Assembly: GCF_009914755.1 (NCBI RefSeq)
Contig: NC_060925.1
Length of the DNA: 64,000 nucleotides
From: the human T2T-CHM13v2.0 reference genome, Homo sapiens
Direction: 5' to 3' (one strand)
Shown here piece after piece: positions 1-10,429 of the stretch. Position numbers and translations under genes: made by a program. The notes beneath the pieces were generated by a model that searched no databases, had not been told where the DNA came from, and worked only from the letters and a program-made list of their open reading frames with translations. Within the stretch, counting starts at the first letter, position 1. Every line of letters begins with the position of its first letter.

Positions 1-39
1 TCAGCTTAACTGACAAACTTCTTACAGGAAACATTTTCT

Positions 40-1335
40 TCTTTTGTCTCCAGGATAACTCACTATCCTGGACTTCTTATTTCACTCTTCTCATTTCCTT
101 CTTAGCCTCTCCTCTTCTAACTGACCAGGACCGTTAGATTTCCCCAGGGCCTCGTTCTGGAATATCTTCACTTCTCTAGTCTTTCCTGGATGATGTTATC
201 CATTCCCACAGCTCTAAACACCCTCTGTATTCAAAAGGATCCTAAACTGCTAGATCTAGCCTAGAATTCTCCTCTCTCTGGTGTGGCGTATTCAAATATT
301 TACTTAACGCGATGTGCGGAAGCCATCTCACAATTAAAATATTCAAATCAGAAGTAAATACTCCTATGAATGCTATTTCTCTCTCAGTCTTTCCCATCTC
401 AGAAAGCAACAATGCCCTTCCTTCCTGTTGTGAAAGCTAGAAGTCTGGGAAACATTCTTATTTCTCCTCTTTTCCCAAGGATACAATATAATTCTGTGTT
501 TATTGATGGCCTGTCATGTATCTAGCCCTGGATACCCTTGCTCCACTCTTTCCCAGCTCCTGCCTATTCCACCTGCAAAATAGAGCCCTCATCTGGTGAT
601 GTCTTTCCCTTTCACTTGCCACTGTCTCAGTCCAAACCTCTGCCATTTCTAGCTCAAGCATCTCAACTGCCTTCTAGTTAACCTCTCTGCTTTCATGCTG
701 GCCTGACACCTGATCCATTTCCACCTAGCCTACAGAGCAATTTTTAAAATATAAGAATTTTACTATAACCCAAAATATTTCAGTTTTACAATTGAAAATA
801 TATATGTGTGTGTATATGTGTTGGTTATAACATATATATAATATACCATATATATACTGGTTTATAATTGAATATATACTGTGGATTATAATATGTATAT
901 AACCCACCTTGGGTAAGACCTGGATGCCCAGTCCCTGGACACAGAACCCACCTTCACTCACAGCTCTCTAGCCATGTAAGGTCTTTTAGTCCTAGGAGTC
1001 AGCCACCTTTTCTACCTCAGGGCCTTTGCACTTGCCATGCACTGTACCATACACCCTGCTCACTCTCATCCTTCAGGTCTCAGCATAAGATGATCTCTTC
1101 AGAGATGCTGTCTCTAACCACCTTCTATAAAATAATGTCCCCTGACATTCTCTATCTTGGTCTTCTATTATTTTCTTTATAACTCTCATTACAAACTTTC
1201 TTGTTTGCTGTTTGTGACTCTCTGGACTGTAAATTCCATGAGGGCAGATAATTTGTCTGGCTTGCTCACAATTGCATCCTCAGCACTTACTACAGGGATG
1301 CAAGAAGAATAAGTTACAAGAATGAATTGGTGAAC
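40..1335 (+). mobile_element. L2 LINE 3' portion, degraded, interrupted by an AT-rich tract (~790-900)
   Basis: L2-like segments 'gatgttatccattcccacagctctaaacaccctctgtat', 'ctcatccttcaggtctcagcataagatgatctcttcagag' and the 3'-end motif 'ggactgtaaattccatgagggcaga...gaatgaattggtgaa'. Confidence 0.75.
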
Positions 1336-1381
1336 AGGGGCACAGCTCACAAAGAGACAGCTCACTCCCCAATTGTCCTTC

Positions 1382-1899
1382 TTTTTTTTTTTTTTTTTTA
1401 CTTTTCTTTTTTTTTTTTAATTATACTTTAAGTTTTAGGGTACATGTGCACATTGTGCAGGTTAGTTACATATGTATACATGTGCCATGCTGGTGCGCTG
1501 CACCCACTAACTCGTCATCTAGCATTAGGTATATCTCCCAATGCTATCCCTCCCCCCTACCCCCACCCCACCACAGTCCCCAGAGTGTGATATTCCCCTT
1601 CCTGTGTCCATGTGATCTCATTGTTCAATTCCCACCTATGAGTGAGAATATGCGGTGTTTGGTTTTTTGTTCTTGCGATAGTTTACTGAGAATGATGGTT
1701 TCCAGTTTCATCCATGTCCCTACAAAGGACATGAACTCATCATTTTTTATGGCTGCATAGTATTCCATGGTGTATATGTGCCACATTTTCTTAATCCAGT
1801 CTATCATTGTTGGACATTTGGGTTGGTTCCAAGTCTTTGCTATTGTGAATAATGCCGCAATAAACATACGTGTGCATGTGTCTTTATAGCAGCATGATT
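1382..1899 (-). mobile_element. 5'-truncated young L1 (L1PA2-like; GAG, non-Ta), ORF2 C-terminus plus 3'UTR plus poly(A)
   Basis: Poly-T 1382-1418, then near-consensus L1 3' end. The reverse strand reads GATGACGAGTTAGTGGG (GAG, not Ta ACA), CTGCACAATGTG and AACTTAAAGTATAAT. ORF 1625..1867 is the ORF2 C-terminus (MFIAALFTIAKTWNQPKCP...). Confidence 0.93.
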
Positions 1900-1970
1900 C
1901 TCCAAGGCAAGGTCAGACACCCAGAAATCCTTTGCCCTAATGGCTGGAAATGGAAGTGTTTACGAATTAA

Positions 1971-2633
1971 GCTTTTACACTGTTGGTGGGAGTGTAAGTT
2001 AGTTCAACCACTGTGGAAGACACTGTGGCAATTCCTCAAGGATCTAGAACCAGAAATACCATTTGGCCCAACAATCCCATTACTGGGTATATACCCAAAG
2101 GATTATAAATCATTCTGCTATAAAGACACATGCATACTTATGTTTATTGCAGCACTATTTACAATAGCAAAGACTTGGAACCAACCAAAATGCCCATCAA
2201 TAATAGACTGGATAAAGAAAAGGTGGCACATATACACCATGGAATACTATGCAGCCATAAAAAAGAATGAGTTCATGTCCTTTGCAGGGACATGGATGAA
2301 GCTGGAAACTATCATCCTCAGCAAACTATCACAAAGACAGAAAACCAAACACCGCATGTTCTCATTCATAAGTGGGAGTTGTTGAACAATGAGAACACAT
2401 GGACGAAGAGAGGGGAACATCACACACTGGGGCCTCTCGGGCGGGGGGGTTGGGGGCAAGAGGAGGGAGAGTATTAAGACAAATACCTAATGCATGTGGG
2501 GCTTAAAACCTAGATGATGGGTTGATAGGTGCAGCAAACCACCATGACACATGTATACCTGTGTAACAAACCTGCACATTCAGCACATATATCCCAGAAC
2601 TTAAAGTTAAATAATAAATAAATAAATAAAAAA
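1971..2633 (+). mobile_element. 5'-truncated L1 (L1PA7/8-like) 3' end with A-rich tail
   Basis: Encodes the ORF2 C-terminus (LLHCWWECKLVQPLWK...KLETIILSKL). 3'UTR 'ggggcttaaaacctagatgatgggttgataggtgcagcaaaccaccatg' is typical of L1PA7-8; (TAAA)n tail. Confidence 0.9.
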
Positions 2634-2777
2634 GATTTAAATTCACAGTTGAGGTCAACATCTGGCTGAATTTAACATTCGCATTTGACAGTTTTACTTT
2701 CATTAAAAAATGTTTAGCATTTTTTTGAAGCAAAAAAATCATTTGAAAATTGTATAAATAAAAAAAGAATTAAGCTT
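2634..2777 (+). other. Putative L1 3'-transduced unique sequence, residual A-tail and 3' TSD
   Basis: GAATTAAGCTT occurs at 1964-1974 (5' junction of the L1) and at 2767-2777, the latter directly after TAAATAAAAAAA. Confidence 0.7.
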
Positions 2778-3199
2778 CAGGTACTATTTCTAAAAGTACA
2801 GCCTATAGGCCTTGAGAGCTTCTAATATTTTATTTTTATATGGGTAGAAAATGTCCCTATGACATTTTAGCCAATTCCCATATCTTGATTACCTCTAATT
2901 CGACCTATAAAAGCCCATTTCTAACATCCATTATGCTGATTAACAAGCCACTAATTTCACAAATGAAAACCCGGTTTTGACTTCAGCATGCTAATTAGCA
3001 AAATGTCTGGTGTTGATCAGAGTTAAAGATAGCTGAAGTGCTTGTAGTAGCTGCCTCTGGAGGATGGCCTTTCTGCAACGAAGCCAGCTGTAGTGCAGAT
3101 TCCTGATTAAAGCAACTCTCTGTAGCTTAAAGTAACTAATATACACTTTTGGAGCACACTTTCTATGTTATAGTATTATAAAGTAGATGACAACGTCAC

Positions 3200-3880
3200 A
3201 AGTTGCCAGGTAGACATCCACACAGAGGCATCTTGGAGGTAGCTAGATACATAAATATGGTGCTCAGGACTGCAAGAGTACATATTTGAGTCTTTGGCAT
3301 ATTAATGGTGTTTAAAGTCACGAACCTAGATGAGCTCATCCAGAGAGTGAGTAGATAAGAGAAGGAAAAGAGGTCCAAGGATTGAGACCTGGGACACTCC
3401 AGCATTTAGGGGCTAATTAAAGAAGGAGGATACAGCCAAGGAGATCAAGAAACAACTAGTTACACAGGCAGATGACTAGAAAAGCATGTCGACCTGAAGG
3501 CTAAGTAAAAAAAAGTTTCAAAAAAGAATGATCAAATGTGTCAAGTGCTGTAAGAGACTAAGCAATGGGGATTGAGAACTTAACATTGCATTTACCCAGA
3601 CTGCAATCACAAATGTCTTGATAAGGACAATTCCTATACAACAGTAGAGATGAAAACATGATTGTTGTGGACTAAGGAGAGAATGGGGGACAAGGAAATA
3701 GAAACAATTTGGGCAACTCTTTGGAGTTGCTTTCCTATACAGGGGAAGAGAGAAATGGAGCGGTAGTTGGAAAGTACCAGGGGTCTAAGAGGTCTTTGTT
3801 GTTGTTCTTGATGTTATGTGAGATATTATAGCATGTTTTGATGCTGCCAGAACTGATCCATTAGAGAGGAGAAATTAGCA
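3200..3880 (-). mobile_element. L2 LINE fragment
   Basis: Reverse-strand L2 motifs 'ggtgtttaaagtcacgaacctagatgagctcatccagagagtgag' and 'gaggtccaaggattgagacctgggacactccagcattta'. Confidence 0.8.
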
Positions 3881-5009
3881 AGGAGAGTGCCTCCTCCTGA
3901 TGCTATGCCACAGAAGGGGGAGGGCCATGCTGCTATCTACGACGTCCACCCAGATTCTGTGCCATCAAGATAAATTTCTAACCTAGATTAGAGTTGGAGG
4001 AGTCCCTTAGTAATTCAATGGGATGGAGAAAAATAATTTACAGAAGAACTTGACTTCTAAAATAAAAGACTACCTAGGAAGACCCACCCCAAGCCCTGCA
4101 TCTCTAGACGATGGGCTAGGAGTGAATGAGAGGCTTCTCCTCTGTTACTCACTGGCAGTGGGTTTTGCCTGACAAACGTTCTAATTGGCCTGAGCCGCAA
4201 GTCCCTAATCCATCCTGAGCAGGGATTATATCAGCCTCAGCAACTGCAGAAACAGCCCCTGGTAACAAGATCAGGAATCTGCCAGCATCTCAGTGAATGT
4301 GCAGAGAAGAAACAGCTCACCACAAACCAGAGGGAGGAACCCCATGGTCCACTGAGTGGGTGCTGAGGCTCTCCTTATGTCTTCTTAAGATCACAAGTCT
4401 CACATTATTAACTCAGAAGCCTCTGTGCAAATGATAAACACTGCAGACCCAGAAAAGCCCAGGAAGCAAGGAAGCTAATTGTGAACTATTCCCCCACCCC
4501 TCCTTATACCTGAAACCCCTGGCCCTCTGGCTCCAGGATTAGATATGTGCACTTCCAGCCTCACTCTCACTGATGCTGCTTCTGTCATTCCATCATCACA
4601 GTCAATTCATTCCTGTGTTTTAGTGACCCTGAGAAGGGATTTCAGGAGGAAATGTGATTTCACAAAGGCTCCTTATATGTCCCTAGCTCTGCATCCACAT
4701 CCAGCTTGATTTAGCCAGGAACTTAACATCTTTAACCTGAAACTTTGCAGCTCTCTTCTTGTTGCTAGCCTCTCTGTTCTCTATACTCCAGTCTGTGAGG
4801 CTACCTCTTCCTGGAAGAAATTTAACCTCATATTCCCTGTCGTCAAATAAATACTATCATTTTTTCTCCATTGCCTGCAGACTGAAAACAAATACTTTGT
4901 AAGGGATGTGTGATCCTTCCTAGACTGCCCCCACCTCTTCCAAGCCCCCTTTCCCTCTTCCACTTTGCTCCCATGGAACTGGCAGCCCAGGCGTCAAGTG
5001 TGGTAGGCT

Positions 5010-5860
5010 CTTGCACAAAGGCACAAGCTGTTTCCTTCACTAGAAATGCACTGTTGACCCTTGCTATCTGGTGAGCTCTTATTCACCCCTCAACATCCAG
5101 CTCAAATGCCACTCCCTCTCTGAATTCTACTGCTATAGACATTGTTGGTTACCTACCCAGCATCTATTCTTTCTTTGTTTCACTTTCTATACCATGTACA
5201 TGATTCCAGTGAAGTGTATTTCAGGGAAGGGGTCTTTTTTTTTTTTTTTTAACCAAAACCCATAATGATAATCCTGTTCCTTTACATCCCATGTGAATGC
5301 TGTTGTCCCTGGAGTGGGTATGTGACCTGTACTGAATGAAGGGAAATAAGTTTTCACAATTTGAGCCGAAGTTTTTCTCTCTCTTTTGTTAGACACAAAC
5401 AAGAAAACTATTGCCCAAGGTGATGCTTCTGGCCATCATACTGCATCCATTAGGTGAGCTGAGGTCAAATTAAGCCGACACAAGAAGGCAGAGCTGAGAG
5501 GGGAGCAGAGAAATGGAATCAGAGCCCTGGTCATGCTGTAACTTTTGCCTACCATGACTTGGACATTATGTCTTGTGAGATAATAATTTTTACTTATTGT
5601 TTAAACCAGTTCGAACTGGGTTTTCTAGTACTTGCGGCTGAATGCCTCCTACCTGATGCATCCACTCTCAGTTACATAGCATCAGCATTCCTCCATGCTC
5701 CCCTCCCACAGGACTCGGTCATAGTACATTTATATTTGTCTCTCCATGCAAGACTGTGACCTCATCAATATCTGTGTATCTTTAATGTCTTACACAGTTT
5801 CCAGCACACAGTAGGTTGATGGGTGTAGAGGTTATAAACAAACAAATGGATGAATTCCTT
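5010..5860 (+). mobile_element. L2 3' fragment interrupted by an MLT1 LTR
   Basis: 'ctcttattcacccctcaacatccagctcaaatgccac' before the LTR and 'gactgtgacctcat...cagcacacagtagg...atggatgaat' after it. Confidence 0.65.
5131..5660 (+). mobile_element. MaLR solo LTR (MLT1K/L-like)
   Basis: TG...CA ends; 3' end 'ttgtttaaaccagttcgaactgggttttctagtacttgcggctgaatgcctcctacctgatgca'; imperfect 5-bp TSD tctac/tccac. Confidence 0.75.
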
Positions 5861-6109
5861 GGTAATCCCAAAAAACCACTCCACTGAGTTATAAATTATT
5901 AAGAGGAAGGTAACAAAAAAGAAATAAAGGAAGAATCCTTTCAAAGAGAACAATGCTAATAACTACAGAGATATCAGTGTTTTGTATTAATTAGTATCTT
6001 CAAGTTCAGTTTCCTATTGTGTCCCTTCTTGCAACAGGGACAGGAAATTGCTGCAAAATTAAAGCAGATGAATCTACCTCAGAGCTTATGAAGTGTTCAG
6101 ATTTCTTGT

Positions 6110-6290
6110 AGTTTTGAATCTTGTCTTCAGCATTCACCAGCCATTTGACCTTGAGCAACCTCTCTGAGCTTCACTTCTTTTCTCTGTGATTTGGGGATGA
6201 TGATATCTCACAAGGCTGCCTGAGGTTTAAACAAGGTTAAGCCTGAAAGAACCTATTGTAGTTCCTGGGTCAGAACAAATAGCTAAGATC
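6110..6290 (+). mobile_element. MIR SINE
   Basis: Core 'tgaccttgagcaacctctctgagcttcacttctttctctgtgatttggggatgatgat'. Confidence 0.7.
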
Positions 6291-6629
6291 ATACAGGTGT
6301 GGAAGATAGGCAGCCTGCTATATTTTTGTTTGTTTTAATTGAGAAAGGTTTTCTTAAGAGAGAATCTCTCTCAGCTGTCATTGTCCCAGAGCTAAGTTCC
6401 TTTATTTCCATCTATATTTGTGTCTGAGCTTAGCCTAGATACAACTACAGAGTTGAAGGCAGGACATCCCTTATGTTGTGACAGGAGCATTATAGTTTTC
6501 TAGTTAAGAAAATAAACTGGAAAAGAAAAAGTAGAAAAATTAAGTAGGAAGAAAGGATGGAAATGTCTATTCACTGAACCCTATTGTAGCTGGGGTAGCT
6601 GTTTTCCAGCCTTGAATTCAGTGGAGTGT

Positions 6630-6748
6630 GTATTATTACCCCCATCTTAAAAATGACACCTAAGCTTAGGGAGCATAAGAATTTATCCAAAACCACATGA
6701 CTAGTCAGAGGCAGAGGTGCCAATCCAAATCCGTTTGGTTCCAGAGAT
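6630..6748 (-). mobile_element. MIR SINE
   Basis: 'tattattacccccatcttaaaaatgacacctaagcttagggag...ccaaaaccacatgactagtcagaggcagag'. Confidence 0.7.
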
Positions 6749-6764
6749 GACGGGGAGGCTAGAG

Positions 6765-6795
6765 AGATTTGGGACAATGGCCAGTACATAGTAAG
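6765..6795 (+). repeat. 31-bp exact direct repeat of 12785-12815
   Basis: AGATTTGGGACAATGGCCAGTACATAGTAAG is present identically at both positions. Confidence 0.95.
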
Positions 6796-7379
6796 AAAGC
6801 CAGAGTCTGGGGTCCTAGCATACCTAGCAGAACCATGGGAGTTGAGATAACACAGCCAGCTTACTTGCATTTTCCCCTGAGTCCTGAGAGAGAATGATCC
6901 ATTAGTAATTTAATTCATTCCCTGCAGTTGGTGCAACATAATTCCCTAACAAAGTGTATTCAGGCCAGTCCACAGGGGGACCAGAAAAAAATGAAGTAGA
7001 ACTCTCAGAAATCATGTTCTTTACATGAAAATAGATCAGGCCGTGGGAGGGGGCAAACTGAAAATAGCCTGAGGGAGTGAGAGACAAAACATGTGAAACA
7101 GTGAGAGAGAGGCTGAGACAACTGTGATGTAGTGAAGAAAGGCCACTATGCAGAGAAAGGAGCAGAGGAAGGGAAGAGATGGAATGATTTTTTTTTTTCA
7201 GGATTCTGTTAAGCCATCCATTCATCCCCTAAGGCAAAATCATTCCCCAAAAGACAGAGTATTTTAAATTATGTCAACTTACTTAAAGTACCACTTCCTT
7301 GGTAGTCTATCTGCCCTTTCAGAAACATTCATTTTATGAAAGAAACAAATAAATATTAATAAATAAATGAGTAGATAAC

Positions 7380-7480
7380 ATTTTCCCCATATTCGAAATT
7401 GATGCATCTTTATTATATAAAGTTTGGAAAGTACATGAAAAAAAATCACCTATCCCACAGCATGAATATAACCACCTGCT
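7380..7480 (-). mobile_element. Old L1M (L1ME-like) 3' fragment
   Basis: 'aaagtttggaaagtacatgaaaaaaaatcacctatcccacagcatgaatataaccac' resembles the L1ME 3' end. Confidence 0.45.
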
Positions 7481-7697
7481 CTGTGTTTGTGTGTGTGTGT
7501 GTGTATCTCCACAATGTTGCAAAGTAACAAACAGAAACAGAATCTCTCAATTTCTAAACAGAGATACATGCCGCTAATGTTTCTGAGGTGTCCAGAATTA
7601 CCTGTATTCTAGAGGACATCAAATTTTTGTCTTCTCAAAGACTTTGAGTGTTCATCCTTATCTCTCCTGCATCATAAAATAGACTTTAAAAATATTA

Positions 7698-8000
<303 letters not shown>

Positions 8001-8119
8001 TATATATATATATATAAAATCCACATATCCCTTCATTTACCACTTCATTTCTCATCACCATCCTTTGAAATAATTGTCTTCATGGGCTGATTCCATTTCA
8101 TGTCCAATTCATTACTGCT

Positions 8120-8395
8120 GTAAAATCATATATAATTTTACTATATACAGGTATGTAAAATCTATACATGTGTATAATTACTATATATGTGTATATATAG
8201 TAATTTTACATATGTAGTTATATTACTATATATAGCATATATAGTTATATTACTATATATAGCATATATAGTTATATTACTATATATAGCATATATAGTA
8301 ATTTTACATGTTTTGTAAATATGTAAAATTATACCTAATTTTATATATACACATATATATATAATTTATGTTTATAATTATATATAATTACTAAC
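8120..8395. repeat. AT-rich low-complexity tract containing three perfect 27-bp tandem units (8215-8295)
   Basis: Unit TAGTTATATTACTATATATAGCATATA repeated at 8215, 8242 and 8269. Confidence 0.9.
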
Positions 8396-8744
8396 TGCTT
8401 GTTTTAGAAATTTCCTTCATTTACCATGTCCCTCCATCAATTCAGCTCCAGTAGAGCACTATCTGTTGGTCTTTTCTCTGGGTCCATCCAGCTTTTCCAG
8501 AAAAGACTACCAATGTATTTTCCAGACTTCCTGGAGTTCTGGGAGATAAATAGGGAGTGGAGACTAGTGTTTCATTTTTCCAAATGTAGACTTTTACTTT
8601 TTCCTATTATTTTAACATTTGCCTCTCCTGCCCCTCCAGCCCTCTGCTATTCATGGGACTGGAGAGAGAAACCTGAGGTTCTAACTGCTCCTCACAAGAC
8701 TTCCATGCAGCTCTCTCATGTTCAGGTCATCCTCTCAGTCCTGC

Positions 8745-9592
8745 TGTGGCAGTGCTATAGGCTGAATGTTTATGGCCCTCCAAAATTCAAGTGTAAAAGC
8801 TTAATCCCCAGCGTGATGGTATTTGGAGGTCAGGCATTTGGGATGTGATTAGATTATGAAGGCAGAGCCCTCCTGAATGGGAGTAGTGCCCTTATAAGAC
8901 ACCCCAAGGAGCTAATTTGTCCCTTCCACCATGTGAGGACACAGTGAGAAGGCACCGTCTATAAACCAGGAAGCAGGCTCTTACCAGATAATGAATCTGC
9001 TAACACCTTGATCTTGCTCTTTCCAGCCTCCAGAGCTGTGAGAAATAAATTTCTGTTGCTTAGGAGCCACCCAGTCCATGGTATTTTCTTATAGAAGCCC
9101 AAGCTAAGACAGGCAGATTGTACTAATGGAACTAATTCTTCACTCCTCCCTTCACCCATGTCCTTTGCCATGTGACTCTGCAATTCCTTTCACTCAAGAG
9201 TTGTGGCCATGTGATTATTAGGCCATATGATTATTAGGCTTGGCCATGTGATTCTCTTTGGCCAGTAGATGAGGTATGAGTGACAGTGTGCCAGTTCTGA
9301 GCCTAACCCTAGCTTTTTCACTTGTCCTCCTGTGCCTCTGCCTTCCTGTGAGAAGGACATGATTGTGCCAGCTTCCTGGCCTCAGGGGAGGGTGAGAGAC
9401 AAGCGCAGAAGAGTTGCCCCAGCTAAGGAGCTGGGCCAGGCCCAGCCTTGAGAAAAGCCCCCGCTGGCCCACAAATGCATGAGTGAACCAACTAGTCTTC
9501 TGAAGTTTGAATAACAAGGGATTATTGTATGCCCCCGAGGTTTTAAGATTGTTTCCCACCCATTATTATTCGAATTATTCCTAACCAATGCA
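8745..9592 (+). mobile_element. MaLR LTR (MLT1I/J-like), interrupted by MLT1A0
   Basis: 'tgtggcag|attgtactaatgg...cctttgccatgtgactctgcaattcc' start and '...ctaaccaatgca' end. Confidence 0.7.
8753..9111 (+). mobile_element. MaLR solo LTR (MLT1A/A0-like)
   Basis: tgctataggctgaatg...ctaagaca, ~360 bp, perfect 5-bp TSD GGCAG at 8748-8752 and 9112-9116. Confidence 0.9.
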
Positions 9593-10029
9593 CCCTTTTC
9601 TTCCAATACCTGAAGTTTTCAGGGGGTTTGGAGATGGGTTTTCTCTTTGTCATCCCGCTTTTCAAACATTTACCACTTCTCCATCTAATTCAACTGATCA
9701 TTTTCCAAATTTTGTTGATGCCTTTCTTTCACTGTCTTTCAACCTCCTATTCTCTTTGCCCTTTTCAACTTCTACGTATTTAAAACTCCCGTTTTGTCAT
9801 TTTGAAGGCTTATTCCAGAGTCAGGGAAATAAGAGATAGATACATGTGGTTAATCAAAAGTCTCTCTTTTCTGAAACGTTGTGCTCTCTTGCATTACAGA
9901 GGCAATGCTATTGTTCACCAGATAATTTCCATTTTTCTTCTAGATGACTGGCCAGCAGAATGTAAGCAAAAATGATTCAGGCCACTTTTATAATTCTCTC
10001 CTTCTCCTATTGTCTTACATACAATGTAT

Positions 10030-10420
10030 TGATAGTAATGATTAATTTAGTCTTTGCATTATATAATATCAAAGAGAATTTGGACTGTGCTAAGGAAGGA
10101 ATGAACATTCTCCACAAGTGTATCCATAGGATTTTGTATCTCTAGGGGAGACAAACGGTAACTTTTTATTCATATAATACATGAACACAGCTCTTGGATC
10201 ATTGCATGCTGCTGATACTGTTGTTTAGAAGTTCAATATGGATAGAAGGGTGTATTCGGACACTGAGAATCCTAGGGGTGGACTGTATCAGATATTATTA
10301 AACTTTGTAGCTTTGCTGCCATTCTCAGCTCTTCTCTGAACTTGAGGATGTAATGCCTAAAATAACATTTTCCAGACTTGCTTAAAAGCCAGTTTCTAGT
10401 TCGACTGTGCTAATTAGTGG
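10030..10420 (+). mobile_element. ERVL-class internal 3' end, polypurine tract and start of an LTR (LTR33/LTR16-like)
   Basis: PPT-like AGGGGTGGAC (10274-10283) immediately followed by TGT, the usual ERVL internal/LTR junction. Confidence 0.55.
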
Positions 10421-10429
10421 CACTACTAC

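Larger units (their letters stand above)
8420..9865 (-). mobile_element. HAL1/L1ME-like 5' region, split by nested MaLR LTRs
   Basis: Terminal segment 'gtcattttgaagg...gatacatgtggttaatcaaaagtc' resembles the reverse of the HAL1/L1ME 5' end; similar sequence on both sides of the LTRs. Confidence 0.45.

Noticed and set aside
1382-1899. Active L1HS-Ta element
   Set aside because: Has GAG rather than ACA and A rather than G at the 3'UTR diagnostic sites, and is only ~0.5 kb.
1870-2385. 171-aa ORF, one of the longest in the window
   Set aside because: Chance fusion of antisense L1, a spacer and the L1PA7 ORF2 C-terminus; no promoter or splice support for a gene.
1382-2633. Single L1 with a twin-priming inversion
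   Set aside because: The two pieces overlap in L1 coordinates, have different subfamily diagnostics and each has its own poly(A).
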